IMG/VR virus record: IMGVR_UViG_3300035210_000189
Span: 88,441 to 152,440 of that record
Direction: 5' to 3' (one strand)
Length of the DNA: 64,000 bases
Source: a virus
A program made the translations under genes and the position numbers. Shown here one piece after another: positions 47,187-57,389 of this stretch; position 1 is the stretch's first letter, and the number at the start of each line of letters is the position of its first letter. Under the pieces are notes generated by a model, which ran no database searches, was not told the origin of the DNA, and saw only the letters and a list, made by a program, of their open reading frames with translations.

Positions 47187-47966
47187 ATGAGTTTTAAAGA
47201 TGATATAAAAAAATTTAGCTATTGTGGATCTAATAATTTTCCAATAAAATTTCACATTGATATGAAAGAGAAACTGGCTGAACTTTTAAAGCTGGTCTGT
47301 AACATCGATCTTTCTATGCTGTCGCCTGATGAAAATTATTTTCAATTTGATAGGGATTTCAAACAACATCAAAAAATTAAGTATCATTTCAATTATACTG
47401 GCACTGACGTTGGTGAGGCGGAAGCACTTGTTATATTGAGTGGAGAACGATTTTTTGTATCATTTCAATTTTATAAAAAGGAAAAACATCCAAGCCTTCC
47501 AGCAGGAGCCTATTGTGTCGATATTGATGTAGATGAACAGTTGAGTTATATATTGGCTGAGTTTGAAATCCGCTATGATTTTGGATGGAAATTAGATAAC
47601 CCTAAACATCGTGCTACAGTCTTCTTTTATAAAGTTCTTGATAAAAATCTTAAATTAAGCACAGTTATCAATTGCATCAATCGGAATAGTCGTAAAACAC
47701 ATACCTTGCTTAAAACAAAAGATCTTCCAGCCTTGTTTTTTGAAAATAATCATCATTTTTATGACACACTGAAAGATATGCTTGAATGTTGCGAGATGCA
47801 ACCAAATTTGTTCTATTCTGTATTTTCAGAATACCCAGACCATATAGAACTAGCTTCCAACAGTGAAGCTGTCAAAAAGTTTCTCACCTTATACCATGAC
47901 CAATTTATACAGGATTCTTCGCTTGTAGAGTCAAGGCTTCTATTGCTCGAAATGCAGGCTATTTAA
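47187..47966 (+). CDS. family-A array protein 2
   Basis: Same motifs; ends LLLEMQAI. Confidence 0.8.
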   Translation: MSFKDDIKKFSYCGSNNFPIKFHIDMKEKLAELLKLVCNIDLSMLSPDENYFQFDRDFKQHQKIKYHFNYTGTDVGEAEALVILSGERFFVSFQFYKKEKHPSLPAGAYCVDIDVDEQLSYILAEFEIRYDFGWKLDNPKHRATVFFYKVLDKNLKLSTVINCINRNSRKTHTLLKTKDLPALFFENNHHFYDTLKDMLECCEMQPNLFYSVFSEYPDHIELASNSEAVKKFLTLYHDQFIQDSSLVESRLLLLEMQAI

Positions 47967-48028
47967 TTTATTTTGATTGATATAATCGCTCTATTATGAT
48001 ATTATGTTGCAAATTATTGGAGTGTTTC

Positions 48029-48760
48029 ATGACTATTTTAGACGAGATAAAAACTTTAAAATATACAGATGCTGTGTCATCTTCATTTAACACTCTTATT
48101 CAATCAAAATTAATTACTTTGTTTCATAAATTGTGCCATATAGATGAGGAAACGCTAGTTTATGGGTTTTCAGTTCTTCTTTCTGGTATAGGTTCTATTC
48201 ACGCTTCTTTTAAATATGCAACAGTGGAAATCACCTGTAAAGAAGATCATATCAAAGTGGTTTTCTATTTTAAAAGCGATCAGTTTATTAAAGAAATCCC
48301 AGTAGGATCGCAAGAGTTGGTTGTTATTACTGATGCTGATATGAACTATAAATCAGCCACATTTAAAAGTGCTTTTTCCTTTGGAATACCTAATCAAAAA
48401 GGAACGCTCCAAATAGATAGATTGGTTGACATCAATTTTAATACGACAACATCATTGTCTTATGCCATCTCATGTTATGGCTTTGATTTGTATCGGTTTA
48501 ATTTAAAACATGAAAACTTGCCTAAAATTTATTTGAGCAATGATAATAACTTTTATACCCCCTTCTTAAAAATGATTGAGTATTGCTTTTATCAATCAGA
48601 CATTTTTTACAGTGTTTTTGATGAGTATCCTTCTCACCAAGATATTTTGACCTATGACTATGAGTTTAAAAAGTTTTTAAGAAACTACAATAAAGATTAT
48701 AAAAGTCGTAAGAAACTATTGAAGTCAAAGATTGCATTACTTGATATGCAGGCGATATAA
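48029..48760 (+). CDS. family-A array protein 3
   Basis: Ends LLDMQAI. Confidence 0.8.
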   Translation: MTILDEIKTLKYTDAVSSSFNTLIQSKLITLFHKLCHIDEETLVYGFSVLLSGIGSIHASFKYATVEITCKEDHIKVVFYFKSDQFIKEIPVGSQELVVITDADMNYKSATFKSAFSFGIPNQKGTLQIDRLVDINFNTTTSLSYAISCYGFDLYRFNLKHENLPKIYLSNDNNFYTPFLKMIEYCFYQSDIFYSVFDEYPSHQDILTYDYEFKKFLRNYNKDYKSRKKLLKSKIALLDMQAI

Positions 48761-48761
48761 C

Positions 48762-49508
48762 ATGACCACTATTTATGAACAGTTAACCAACAAGGATTAT
48801 TCTGTTGAGCCTACGATTATTGCTCGTTTGATTGTATTGCTAAAAATTGTCTCAGGTGTTGACTTGTCAGGCCAAGATGCTGAGTTCAAACGTAATACGA
48901 TCATAACAGGTGGTTTTGTGACCATTGAGTTTCATTTTCCTAATGGTGTAGCTTCCGTTACGTCTAAAAAAGGCTTGCTGACGGCTGACTTCAAATTTTT
49001 GAGAAAGATGAAGGAAAACTTTCCTTTCAATGCGTGGCATTGTCAAATAGATGTCGATCATGAAATGAATTTTGAAAAGGCACGTTTTGAATATTATATC
49101 AGCGTCTCAAAATATAACTTAAACCGTGATGAAAGTTCAGCAGCGTATTGTGCCATTAAAATAAACCATGTTCTGGATAAAGAGCTTAACCGCTTTAATA
49201 CTGTTGAGTACAACAATTTGCATTCAACAACATTCAGAACCTATGCTGATATGTCATCAATTGGGCTAAATTCATATTTTTTAACGCCTAATAATGATTT
49301 TGAGCAACTTTTAATCAAATTTCTTGATTTCTTTAAACAAGATCCCCGTATGTTTTACAGTATTTTTACGGAATATCCTTCTTTTGTTCATGTCATTGAA
49401 CAGATGGAGAAAGCAAAAGACTTTTTAAATCTATTTCATGAACAATATATCAATGATATAGATATTTTAAAATCAAGAATGCTACTTATCGACATGCAGG
49501 CGATTTGA
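48762..49508 (+). CDS. family-A array protein 4
   Basis: MTTIYE start; ends LIDMQAI. Confidence 0.8.
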   Translation: MTTIYEQLTNKDYSVEPTIIARLIVLLKIVSGVDLSGQDAEFKRNTIITGGFVTIEFHFPNGVASVTSKKGLLTADFKFLRKMKENFPFNAWHCQIDVDHEMNFEKARFEYYISVSKYNLNRDESSAAYCAIKINHVLDKELNRFNTVEYNNLHSTTFRTYADMSSIGLNSYFLTPNNDFEQLLIKFLDFFKQDPRMFYSIFTEYPSFVHVIEQMEKAKDFLNLFHEQYINDIDILKSRMLLIDMQAI

Positions 49509-49509
49509 T

Positions 49510-50289
49510 ATGAAAACAATCTATGATCGTATGTTAGAAAAAGAAGCTCGTATTTTTAATGAAGAGTTAAATTCTGTCATTATTCCAAAATTAGTTCATT
49601 TACTTAATCAGTTGTGTGATATTGATTTGAATGCAACAGGAACATGTTTTAAGCCTTATATGATCTATACTGGTTCTACCATTTATGATCACAATCTTAA
49701 AATTACTTACAGATGTCAATACTGTGAAGCAAGCGTGTCATTAAAAGATAATAAATTATCCGTATATTTTAGTTTTTTTAAGAAGAATTTAGATCATTAT
49801 AAAACACCTTTAAATGCAGATAGATGTGCTATTGATGTTGACCATCAGTTGAATTTTAAACAAGCTGTTTTTAATTATTATGCAAACTTTTCAAAGTTAA
49901 AAATTGATCGTCACTGTGATGGGCATGTATATAGTTCATTGAATATTGCTCGAACTTTTGATTCAAACTTCAATCAAACCAACACAGTAAGCTATTTGAA
50001 TGGGTTAACGGAAACATCAGATTATATTGATTTAAAGGACTTTGCTTTAAATCCAGTTTTTTTTCAAGCCAATAACCAATTTGATAAATTACTTGTAGAC
50101 GCTACAACCTTTTGCGAGTATAATCCAAAAGAATTCTACAATGTCTTTCCAGAATATCCAACCTATGTTGAGTTCATGACCAACATTGGAAAGGCTACTG
50201 CGTTTTTGAACCTTTTTTACGCACAATACACTGACGATGTTGAAATCTTAACATCACGACTTCTACTATTAGACATGCAGGCGATTTAA
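49510..50289 (+). CDS. family-A array protein 5
   Basis: Ends LLDMQAI. Confidence 0.8.
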   Translation: MKTIYDRMLEKEARIFNEELNSVIIPKLVHLLNQLCDIDLNATGTCFKPYMIYTGSTIYDHNLKITYRCQYCEASVSLKDNKLSVYFSFFKKNLDHYKTPLNADRCAIDVDHQLNFKQAVFNYYANFSKLKIDRHCDGHVYSSLNIARTFDSNFNQTNTVSYLNGLTETSDYIDLKDFALNPVFFQANNQFDKLLVDATTFCEYNPKEFYNVFPEYPTYVEFMTNIGKATAFLNLFYAQYTDDVEILTSRLLLLDMQAI

Positions 50290-50290
50290 T

Positions 50291-51046
50291 ATGAAAACAC
50301 TCTACGAACAATTCAGGAAATGTAAATTAGCCCTTAATTCTGATGTCGGTGATAATCCATTAATTTCAAAGAAACTTAAAGTCTTGTTTCATAAAGTTTA
50401 TGGCATTGATATTTCTGATGAATCTATACTGTTTAAAAAAGATATCGGATCTATTGGTCAAGAACTAAGTATTAGTTACAAATTTGAATATGGATCGGTT
50501 GATGTCTCCACTCAACAAGAGCAATTGGTTGTGAAGTTTTATCACAATGACAACTTTAAAGCTCCTTTTAAAGCTAATCGTTCTACTATTTCTGTGGATC
50601 ATGATTTAAATTTTGTTCGTGCTGAATATTGTATGTATTTTGCATTTTTAAACAGCGTTCTCCATAATAATGGTGGTTATGGTGGATACAACCAAATGAA
50701 AATCCAGCGGATTATTGATTTGAACGGTGCTTACAATTCTATCTCCTTCCGACATTCAGATGATGCAGATAGTGATTTATTTATTGATGTTGAACGGAGT
50801 AAGCTGGATGAACGCTTTTTTCAACCAAATACCAATTTAGAAGAAACATTCTATCAATTGATCGACTTTGTTACTGAACACCCACACGAATTTTATGCGA
50901 TATTTGATGGATATCCAAGTTTTTCTAAATGTGTTGACCATTCTGACGGTATTATTGATTTCGTTAATGTTTTTATTCATCAGTATTTTAGTGATAACGA
51001 AAGATTAAAACAAAACATGTTGTTACTTGATATGCAGGCCATATAA
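50291..51046 (+). CDS. family-A array protein 6
   Basis: Ends LLDMQAI. Confidence 0.8.
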   Translation: MKTLYEQFRKCKLALNSDVGDNPLISKKLKVLFHKVYGIDISDESILFKKDIGSIGQELSISYKFEYGSVDVSTQQEQLVVKFYHNDNFKAPFKANRSTISVDHDLNFVRAEYCMYFAFLNSVLHNNGGYGGYNQMKIQRIIDLNGAYNSISFRHSDDADSDLFIDVERSKLDERFFQPNTNLEETFYQLIDFVTEHPHEFYAIFDGYPSFSKCVDHSDGIIDFVNVFIHQYFSDNERLKQNMLLLDMQAI

Positions 51047-51047
51047 C

Positions 51048-51812
51048 ATGAAAACCATTTCTGATTATCTTTTTAAATGCAAACGTAATCTGACAACTAA
51101 CTTAGCTACTGATGTCAAACTTCGCATTGCGGTTAAGCTTGAAACATTACTTAACCAGTTTTGTGACATCGAACTTTCAGAAAATTCGCCTTCTTTTACA
51201 CCTAATGGTGGCATGGTAGGTCAAGAGATGGTTTCTTGCTATCAATTTAAATATGGTTCAGCCGATGTATCGACAAAAGATCAAAATCTGGAAGTTACTT
51301 TTTTCTTTAAAGAAAGTAATTTATTAAAAATTCCTTTGGGCACTAGTCGTTGTGTAGTTACTGTAGATCATGATTTAAACTTTAAAAAAGCAACATATTC
51401 ATATTATGTTTGCTTCTCAAAAAGAATTCTAGATTCAGACTACACTGATTTTGAACATTGCAATCTTCTTATTCAAAGGATTGTAGACGCAACTAACTAT
51501 TATAACAATATACTTTATCATAACACTCAATCAAAAGGCAAAGAATATAAGGATTTATTACAACATGGTCTTAATGAACGCTATGTGATTCCAGATTATG
51601 AATTTGAAATGATGTTTAAGAATTTCATTGTGTTTGCATGTACTAAACCATTTGATTTTTACGAAGCTTTTCCTGAGTATCCAAGTTATATGGATTTCAT
51701 TCATAAAATTGATCAGACTGTCGCATTTATGAACTTGTTTAACCAACAATACACAGCAGACCCAATACTGCTTAATCAAAAGATGTTACTTCTTGACATG
51801 CAGGTGATCTAA
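51048..51812 (+). CDS. family-A array protein 7
   Basis: Ends LLDMQVI. Confidence 0.8.
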   Translation: MKTISDYLFKCKRNLTTNLATDVKLRIAVKLETLLNQFCDIELSENSPSFTPNGGMVGQEMVSCYQFKYGSADVSTKDQNLEVTFFFKESNLLKIPLGTSRCVVTVDHDLNFKKATYSYYVCFSKRILDSDYTDFEHCNLLIQRIVDATNYYNNILYHNTQSKGKEYKDLLQHGLNERYVIPDYEFEMMFKNFIVFACTKPFDFYEAFPEYPSYMDFIHKIDQTVAFMNLFNQQYTADPILLNQKMLLLDMQVI

Positions 51813-52613
51813 TTGACAACTATTTATGATCACCTATTTTTATGCAATAAACTGAATGGCTTTAACAGTTCCCTCAATGATCAAATTATGTCTAAATTGG
51901 TTGTTTTGCTAGAACAGGTTTGTAATGTGGATTTGTCTGATGAACCAGCACTCTTTTTTCAAAATATAGCTAGTTTTGGAAAGGATGTTAGTATTGAATA
52001 TAAGTCCAAGTATGGGACGGCATCGTTATACACTAACAATAAAATGTTGGAAGTCATTTTTCTATTCACTCTAAAAGCATGTGATTCCCTATACATTCCA
52101 TTTAAATCAACTATTTGCGAAGTTAAAGTGGATAATGACTTAAATTTTAAGCAGGCAACTTTTAATTTTTTTGTTAACTTTTCTCACAACAACATCGAAC
52201 TTAAAGTCAATCCAAATAAATATGTTGGAACGGTATTGGTTACTAATCCTAAGTATTCAGCTATTCATATTAAACGTATCATTGATGAACATAGAATTAG
52301 TTCTAATATTATTACTTATAATAATTTTAAATGTAACAGTGGAGAATATATTAATTTAGGTAATATTGAGCTAAATAACCAATACTTTATACCAGACAAT
52401 GATTTTGAAAATTTATTTGTTAAATTCATTTTACTTTGTTCGAACAAACCAAAACAATTTTATACTGTTTTCATTGATTATCCTAGTTATCAAAATATTA
52501 TTGATCATAAAAAACATGCGGTTGAACTATTAAACCTATTCAGTGAACAGTATTTTAATAATTTTGAAACTTTGCAATCAAATATGCTACTAATTGATAT
52601 GGTGGAAATTTAA
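51813..52613 (+). CDS. family-A array protein 8
   Basis: TTG start abutting the previous stop; ends LIDMVEI. Confidence 0.8.
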   Translation: MTTIYDHLFLCNKLNGFNSSLNDQIMSKLVVLLEQVCNVDLSDEPALFFQNIASFGKDVSIEYKSKYGTASLYTNNKMLEVIFLFTLKACDSLYIPFKSTICEVKVDNDLNFKQATFNFFVNFSHNNIELKVNPNKYVGTVLVTNPKYSAIHIKRIIDEHRISSNIITYNNFKCNSGEYINLGNIELNNQYFIPDNDFENLFVKFILLCSNKPKQFYTVFIDYPSYQNIIDHKKHAVELLNLFSEQYFNNFETLQSNMLLIDMVEI

Positions 52614-52614
52614 T

Positions 52615-53382
52615 ATGACGAATATTTATGAGGCGATGGTACACTTTAAAAAGACAAACGAACCTAACTGGGGTATGACGCCTTTGGTTAGCTCTAAACT
52701 TGCTTCATTGCTTCGACAGGCAACTGGCATAGAACTGCATGGTGATGAACCTCATTTTACTAATAACATTAGCGTATGTGGTTTGGAAGTGGCTATGGAT
52801 TACTTCTTTAAATATGGATCAGCCACTTTGAGTTTGAAAGATAATGAGTTGGAAGTAGGTTTTTACTTTGTTCGTAAAGATGACAATGCTTATCAACTTC
52901 CATTTAATGCTAAACAATGTAGAGTTTATCTTGATCGTGATTTTAATTTTAAATTCGCTGTTTTTAATTATAAAGTTAATTTTTTAAAATCTCTTTTAAA
53001 TAATCACAACCAAAGTTCTGTGTATGCTTCCATTAAGATTCAAAAAATTATTGAGCAGGATTCAACAACAAGAACTACTGTTGAATATCAAAACCTTCTC
53101 TCTAATGTAAAAGAACATACTTCGCTTCATGATAAAGGTCTGGATACCCATTTCTTTAATGCTGATGTTAAATTTGAATCGTTTTTAGCTAAATTCATGG
53201 ATTCTTGTGCCACACGACCATATCAGTTCTATGAATTATTTCCAGAATATCCAAACTATATTGATTTCATGGAAAAAATGCACAAAGCTGTTGAATTTTT
53301 AAACCTATTTAACTCCCAATACATTAATCAGTTTGATGTGTTAGAATCTAAACTTCTTTTACTTGAAATGCAGGCTATCTGA
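52615..53382 (+). CDS. family-A array protein 9
   Basis: Ends LLEMQAI. Confidence 0.8.
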   Translation: MTNIYEAMVHFKKTNEPNWGMTPLVSSKLASLLRQATGIELHGDEPHFTNNISVCGLEVAMDYFFKYGSATLSLKDNELEVGFYFVRKDDNAYQLPFNAKQCRVYLDRDFNFKFAVFNYKVNFLKSLLNNHNQSSVYASIKIQKIIEQDSTTRTTVEYQNLLSNVKEHTSLHDKGLDTHFFNADVKFESFLAKFMDSCATRPYQFYELFPEYPNYIDFMEKMHKAVEFLNLFNSQYINQFDVLESKLLLLEMQAI

Positions 53383-53383
53383 A

Positions 53384-54160
53384 ATGTCTACAATACTGGA
53401 AAATATTGCAACATTAAAAAACAATCATTTTCCTGATGAGCTTAACGCCGTTATTCTCGCTAAGCTAACAATATTATTAAATATTACTTTTGGCTCTGCC
53501 TTATCCAGTGCTGGTAATGTTTCTTATCGTGAAATGGTAACTTATAATGACAATGACCAGATAGATATTTCATATAACTTTGAGTTTGGCGTTGCCTTCA
53601 TTTCTTTTTTTCGACCACTTAATCAACTCACTGTTTCCTTTTGTTGTTCTGTTAATATTGATAACTTATATCATAAAGATCTTAATTATTGTTTAACCGT
53701 TGATCCTAATCTTAATTTCGAGACGTTCTCTTTTGATAGATTCTTTGAGTTTTCGAGAGAACATAATGATAAACGTAAATATACATCTGTATGGTCAAAC
53801 TTGCTATTTGATATTAAAATGGATAATTTTTTAAATGTTAGCAAGAACTTTCTATATCGTAACGAAGAGATGTATACAATAGATGAAGATGATAAACAAA
53901 ATCTTTTTGATCATGGTTTGAATCCAGTGTTTTATCTTTCCAGTCGGCACTTTGATGAACTATTATTAAAGTTCTTAAATTATTGTATGAGAAATAAAAA
54001 AGATTTTTACTCTATATTTCCACACTATCCGACACAGATAAATTGTATGGAATCACTCAACAAAACAGTAGAGTTTTTAAATGTTTTTTGTGAAGAATAT
54101 ACAGACAATTTGTTAATTTTGGAGTATAATATTCTACTACTTGATATTCAGGCGATTTGA
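53384..54160 (+). CDS. family-A array protein 10
   Basis: Ends LLDIQAI. Confidence 0.8.
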   Translation: MSTILENIATLKNNHFPDELNAVILAKLTILLNITFGSALSSAGNVSYREMVTYNDNDQIDISYNFEFGVAFISFFRPLNQLTVSFCCSVNIDNLYHKDLNYCLTVDPNLNFETFSFDRFFEFSREHNDKRKYTSVWSNLLFDIKMDNFLNVSKNFLYRNEEMYTIDEDDKQNLFDHGLNPVFYLSSRHFDELLLKFLNYCMRNKKDFYSIFPHYPTQINCMESLNKTVEFLNVFCEEYTDNLLILEYNILLLDIQAI

Positions 54161-54161
54161 T

Positions 54162-54920
54162 ATGACGACACTTTATGAACAATTTAATGCAGTTCGAACA
54201 GCTCAGAAGAACTGGCTGTATGAACCGGACGTTCAACAAAAACTTATTGATATCTTTAAGATTATTTGTGATATTGATCTGTCTAATGAAACGACACCAT
54301 TTAAACCTGATGGCGGTTCTTTTGGTATGGAAATTGTTTATAACTATAAGTTTAAATATGGCAGAGTCTATGTTCAAACTGAGAAAAAAGAAATGCAGGT
54401 TATGTTTATTTTTGATGACCCCTATGATCTGACCATTCCATTTAGTCGTTCTTCAAGTTCACACCGTTGTACTGTCAAAGTCGATCACGACTTAAATTTT
54501 GTAGAAGGTCGATTTGGGTTTTATACATCTTTTTCAAATAGAACTCTAGATAGAGATGTTTCTGGATTTCTTATCCTCTGTTTTGAACGAGTCATTAATA
54601 GTAAACAATCATTTAATAGCATTGCTTATAGTCCTGATATGCTATCAGATAACTATCTAGATTTAATTCCACATCATCTTCATAAAAATTATTTAATTCC
54701 TAACATTGATTTTGAACAAGTATTCATGGAGTTCATGACTTTTTGTTCAGAGAATCCAGAAGACTTTTATAATGTGTTTGTTGAATATCCAAACTATGAA
54801 CAAATTATTAGTAATGTTGATAATTTTGTTCTTTTCTTAAACTTATTTAACCAACAATACATCGAAAACTCAGCACTTTTACAATCACGTATTTTGTTGT
54901 TAAACATGCAGACAATTTAA
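54162..54920 (+). CDS. family-A array protein 11
   Basis: Ends LLNMQTI. Confidence 0.8.
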   Translation: MTTLYEQFNAVRTAQKNWLYEPDVQQKLIDIFKIICDIDLSNETTPFKPDGGSFGMEIVYNYKFKYGRVYVQTEKKEMQVMFIFDDPYDLTIPFSRSSSSHRCTVKVDHDLNFVEGRFGFYTSFSNRTLDRDVSGFLILCFERVINSKQSFNSIAYSPDMLSDNYLDLIPHHLHKNYLIPNIDFEQVFMEFMTFCSENPEDFYNVFVEYPNYEQIISNVDNFVLFLNLFNQQYIENSALLQSRILLLNMQTI

Positions 54921-55001
54921 ATATGAGCTTAATATAATAAAGTAAATTGACATGTAGTTATTTTTAAATTAAACTTTCAAGACTTATATGAGGATAGTTA
55001 C

Positions 55002-55820
55002 ATGTTAGAACGTATATTTAAAGCAAAAGATGATTTCGATAAAGCCACTCTGTTAAAAGTCTCGGTTGATGATTATAAACCTAAGATCACTTTCTTTACA
55101 GGCTCTGGCATATCTCAGGAGAGCGGTTTAGAAACATTCAGGGCGGATGATGGTTTGTGGAGCAATCATCGTGTGGATGAAGTTGCAACGGCTCACGCCC
55201 TTCAAAAAGACTTTAAAAAGGTTAACAACTTTTTCAATGATCGACGTAAAGAAGTGATGGCCGCTCAACCTAATCGTTCTCATGAGATATTGAAAGAACT
55301 TGAAAAGTATTTTCATGTTGTCGTTGTCACTCAGAACGTTGATGACTTGCATGAGCGTGCTGGCAGTTCGTGTATCTATCATTTGCATGGCGAAATCATG
55401 CGTTCACGACCAGTTGGTAATGCCAAAGTATTCTATGACCAAAAGAAAGACATTAAACTGGGTGATAAGTGTATGTTGACCAAAGCACAAATTAGACCTC
55501 ATATTGTTTTGTTTGATGAAATGTTAGATGACAGTATTTTGTCTGACGCCAGAAAGCATATTAGAGAATCGGATGTCTTTGTTGTGGTTGGTAGTAGTCT
55601 TCAAGTTGAACCTGCCGCTTCATTGGTGGTAGAAGGCTTTGGTCTGAGGGATTTTATTTTGGTTGACCCAAGCACTGTCTTCATGAAATACAATGCTAAC
55701 TATGTGCATGTGAAAGAAAAAGCGACTGTGGGTTTGGAAATGATGTTACCGCAGTTGATTATTAAAGCCGACCAGATGAAAACTCAGTTTAAAGAAAATA
55801 AAGAAAGATTGAAAGTATAG
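55002..55820 (+). CDS. Sir2/CobB-family NAD-dependent protein deacylase
   Basis: TGSGISQESG..TFR; TQNVDDLHERAGS; HLHGE; RPHIVLF; GSSLQV. Confidence 0.93.
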   Translation: MLERIFKAKDDFDKATLLKVSVDDYKPKITFFTGSGISQESGLETFRADDGLWSNHRVDEVATAHALQKDFKKVNNFFNDRRKEVMAAQPNRSHEILKELEKYFHVVVVTQNVDDLHERAGSSCIYHLHGEIMRSRPVGNAKVFYDQKKDIKLGDKCMLTKAQIRPHIVLFDEMLDDSILSDARKHIRESDVFVVVGSSLQVEPAASLVVEGFGLRDFILVDPSTVFMKYNANYVHVKEKATVGLEMMLPQLIIKADQMKTQFKENKERLKV

Positions 55821-55873
55821 TGTATTGTGTGTTATACTTGCGATAATCTTATTTTTTTGAAGGCTATTTCAAC

Positions 55874-56677
55874 ATGACAACGATTTATGACAAACTTTTA
55901 GTATTAACAAATAAAATTGTCGATATGGATGATCTAATTTTCAAGCTTGATAATGAGTTAGATTTAGAGATAACTTCAAATTTGATTACTTTATTAAATC
56001 TCTCCTGTGGCATTGACTTGTCACAGGTAGAATCTGCATTTAGCGACCACAGATTATCATTTGATGAGTTTAATGATTTAGAGATTTCTTATAAGTTTCC
56101 GTATGGCAATTCTTTTATTAGTGTAAACACAACATCTAAATCATTGGACGTGTCATTTTCTTTTTCAAATGAAGTTCCTATAAAATTATACAAAAATAAT
56201 GTGTGTTATCTTAATGTTGATCATAACATGCAGTTTGAAAAATGTGCATTTAAAAGAGTTATTCAATATTCTAAATCTACTGTCGGCCAACCATTTTCTC
56301 TGCCAGTTTGGGGTGTTTTAATCATCTATACTTCTATTGACAAAGATTTAAACAAAATGCATAAGTTACATTATCAAAACAACAAATTGTATTCAGTGGA
56401 CGAAAACAATTTGATCAATTTATTTGATCAAAATATTAATCATTTTTTTAAATCACCACCTAATGAGTTCGATGAATTGTTATTTAGTTTTTTTAACTTT
56501 AACAGTCTCCATTCTGTCGAATTCTATGAGGTATTTCCTGATTATCCAGATTACAACAATCTAATGAAATCAGTTGATTACCTTATTCAATTTTTAAATT
56601 TGTTTTTTACACAATATACTACTGATAAACATCTATTACATCGTAAAATAGAATTGCTTGAAATGAGATTAATTTAA
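55874..56677 (+). CDS. family-A array protein 12
   Basis: Ends LLEMRLI. Confidence 0.8.
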   Translation: MTTIYDKLLVLTNKIVDMDDLIFKLDNELDLEITSNLITLLNLSCGIDLSQVESAFSDHRLSFDEFNDLEISYKFPYGNSFISVNTTSKSLDVSFSFSNEVPIKLYKNNVCYLNVDHNMQFEKCAFKRVIQYSKSTVGQPFSLPVWGVLIIYTSIDKDLNKMHKLHYQNNKLYSVDENNLINLFDQNINHFFKSPPNEFDELLFSFFNFNSLHSVEFYEVFPDYPDYNNLMKSVDYLIQFLNLFFTQYTTDKHLLHRKIELLEMRLI

Positions 56678-56678
56678 A

Positions 56679-57389
56679 ATGGATACTATTTACAATGAGA
56701 TCTTGAAGAGGAAAACGACCAGAAGCTTAGGGGACGACTTGACTTCGGCTATTAGTTTGAAATTAGTTAAACTTTTAAAAGCTTCCTGTAATATTGATTT
56801 ATCTGGTATAGAAGTGCCTTTTCAACAAACTGCTATTATTGATTTATCAGAGCTTAGTTGGCCGTTATTTGGTATTGCTCCTGATGGCACATTTTACATA
56901 ACTTTTCATTTTATTCATGGAGTGGTATCGCTACACCTTTATCCAGATAAACAAAGTTTAACATTGTCATTTGGCTTTAAGTATGATCATTTAGATTTTA
57001 TCCTTCCTAGTAATTCAAAATCTTGTAATGTAACGATAGATAACAATATGAATTTTATTGATTGCAATTTTGAAGTTGGTTTTTTATTTTCAACTGTGAC
57101 TTTAAATAATATTGAATCCAAAAGAATATTTGACATGGATTTTATCAATCCAGAAGATGTTCATAAAATAGAGGATGAAACAGATAGTCTTAATGAAATT
57201 ATCTATTATAATTATTTACATACATTAACGTCATATGAATTAGATCCATTATTGATAAATCATGATTTGTTAGTTCAATCAATTTTCACTAAATTAATGG
57301 GGTTACATTCAAAATATCCACATATTTGTTATTCAGGATTTGAAAATCACCTAACATTAAGGAACTATTTAAATGATAACAATTCATGA
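56679..57389 (+). CDS. family-A array protein 13, lacking the C-terminal module
   Basis: Family N-terminus present; ends NYLNDNNS and overlaps the next gene. Confidence 0.7.
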   Translation: MDTIYNEILKRKTTRSLGDDLTSAISLKLVKLLKASCNIDLSGIEVPFQQTAIIDLSELSWPLFGIAPDGTFYITFHFIHGVVSLHLYPDKQSLTLSFGFKYDHLDFILPSNSKSCNVTIDNNMNFIDCNFEVGFLFSTVTLNNIESKRIFDMDFINPEDVHKIEDETDSLNEIIYYNYLHTLTSYELDPLLINHDLLVQSIFTKLMGLHSKYPHICYSGFENHLTLRNYLNDNNS

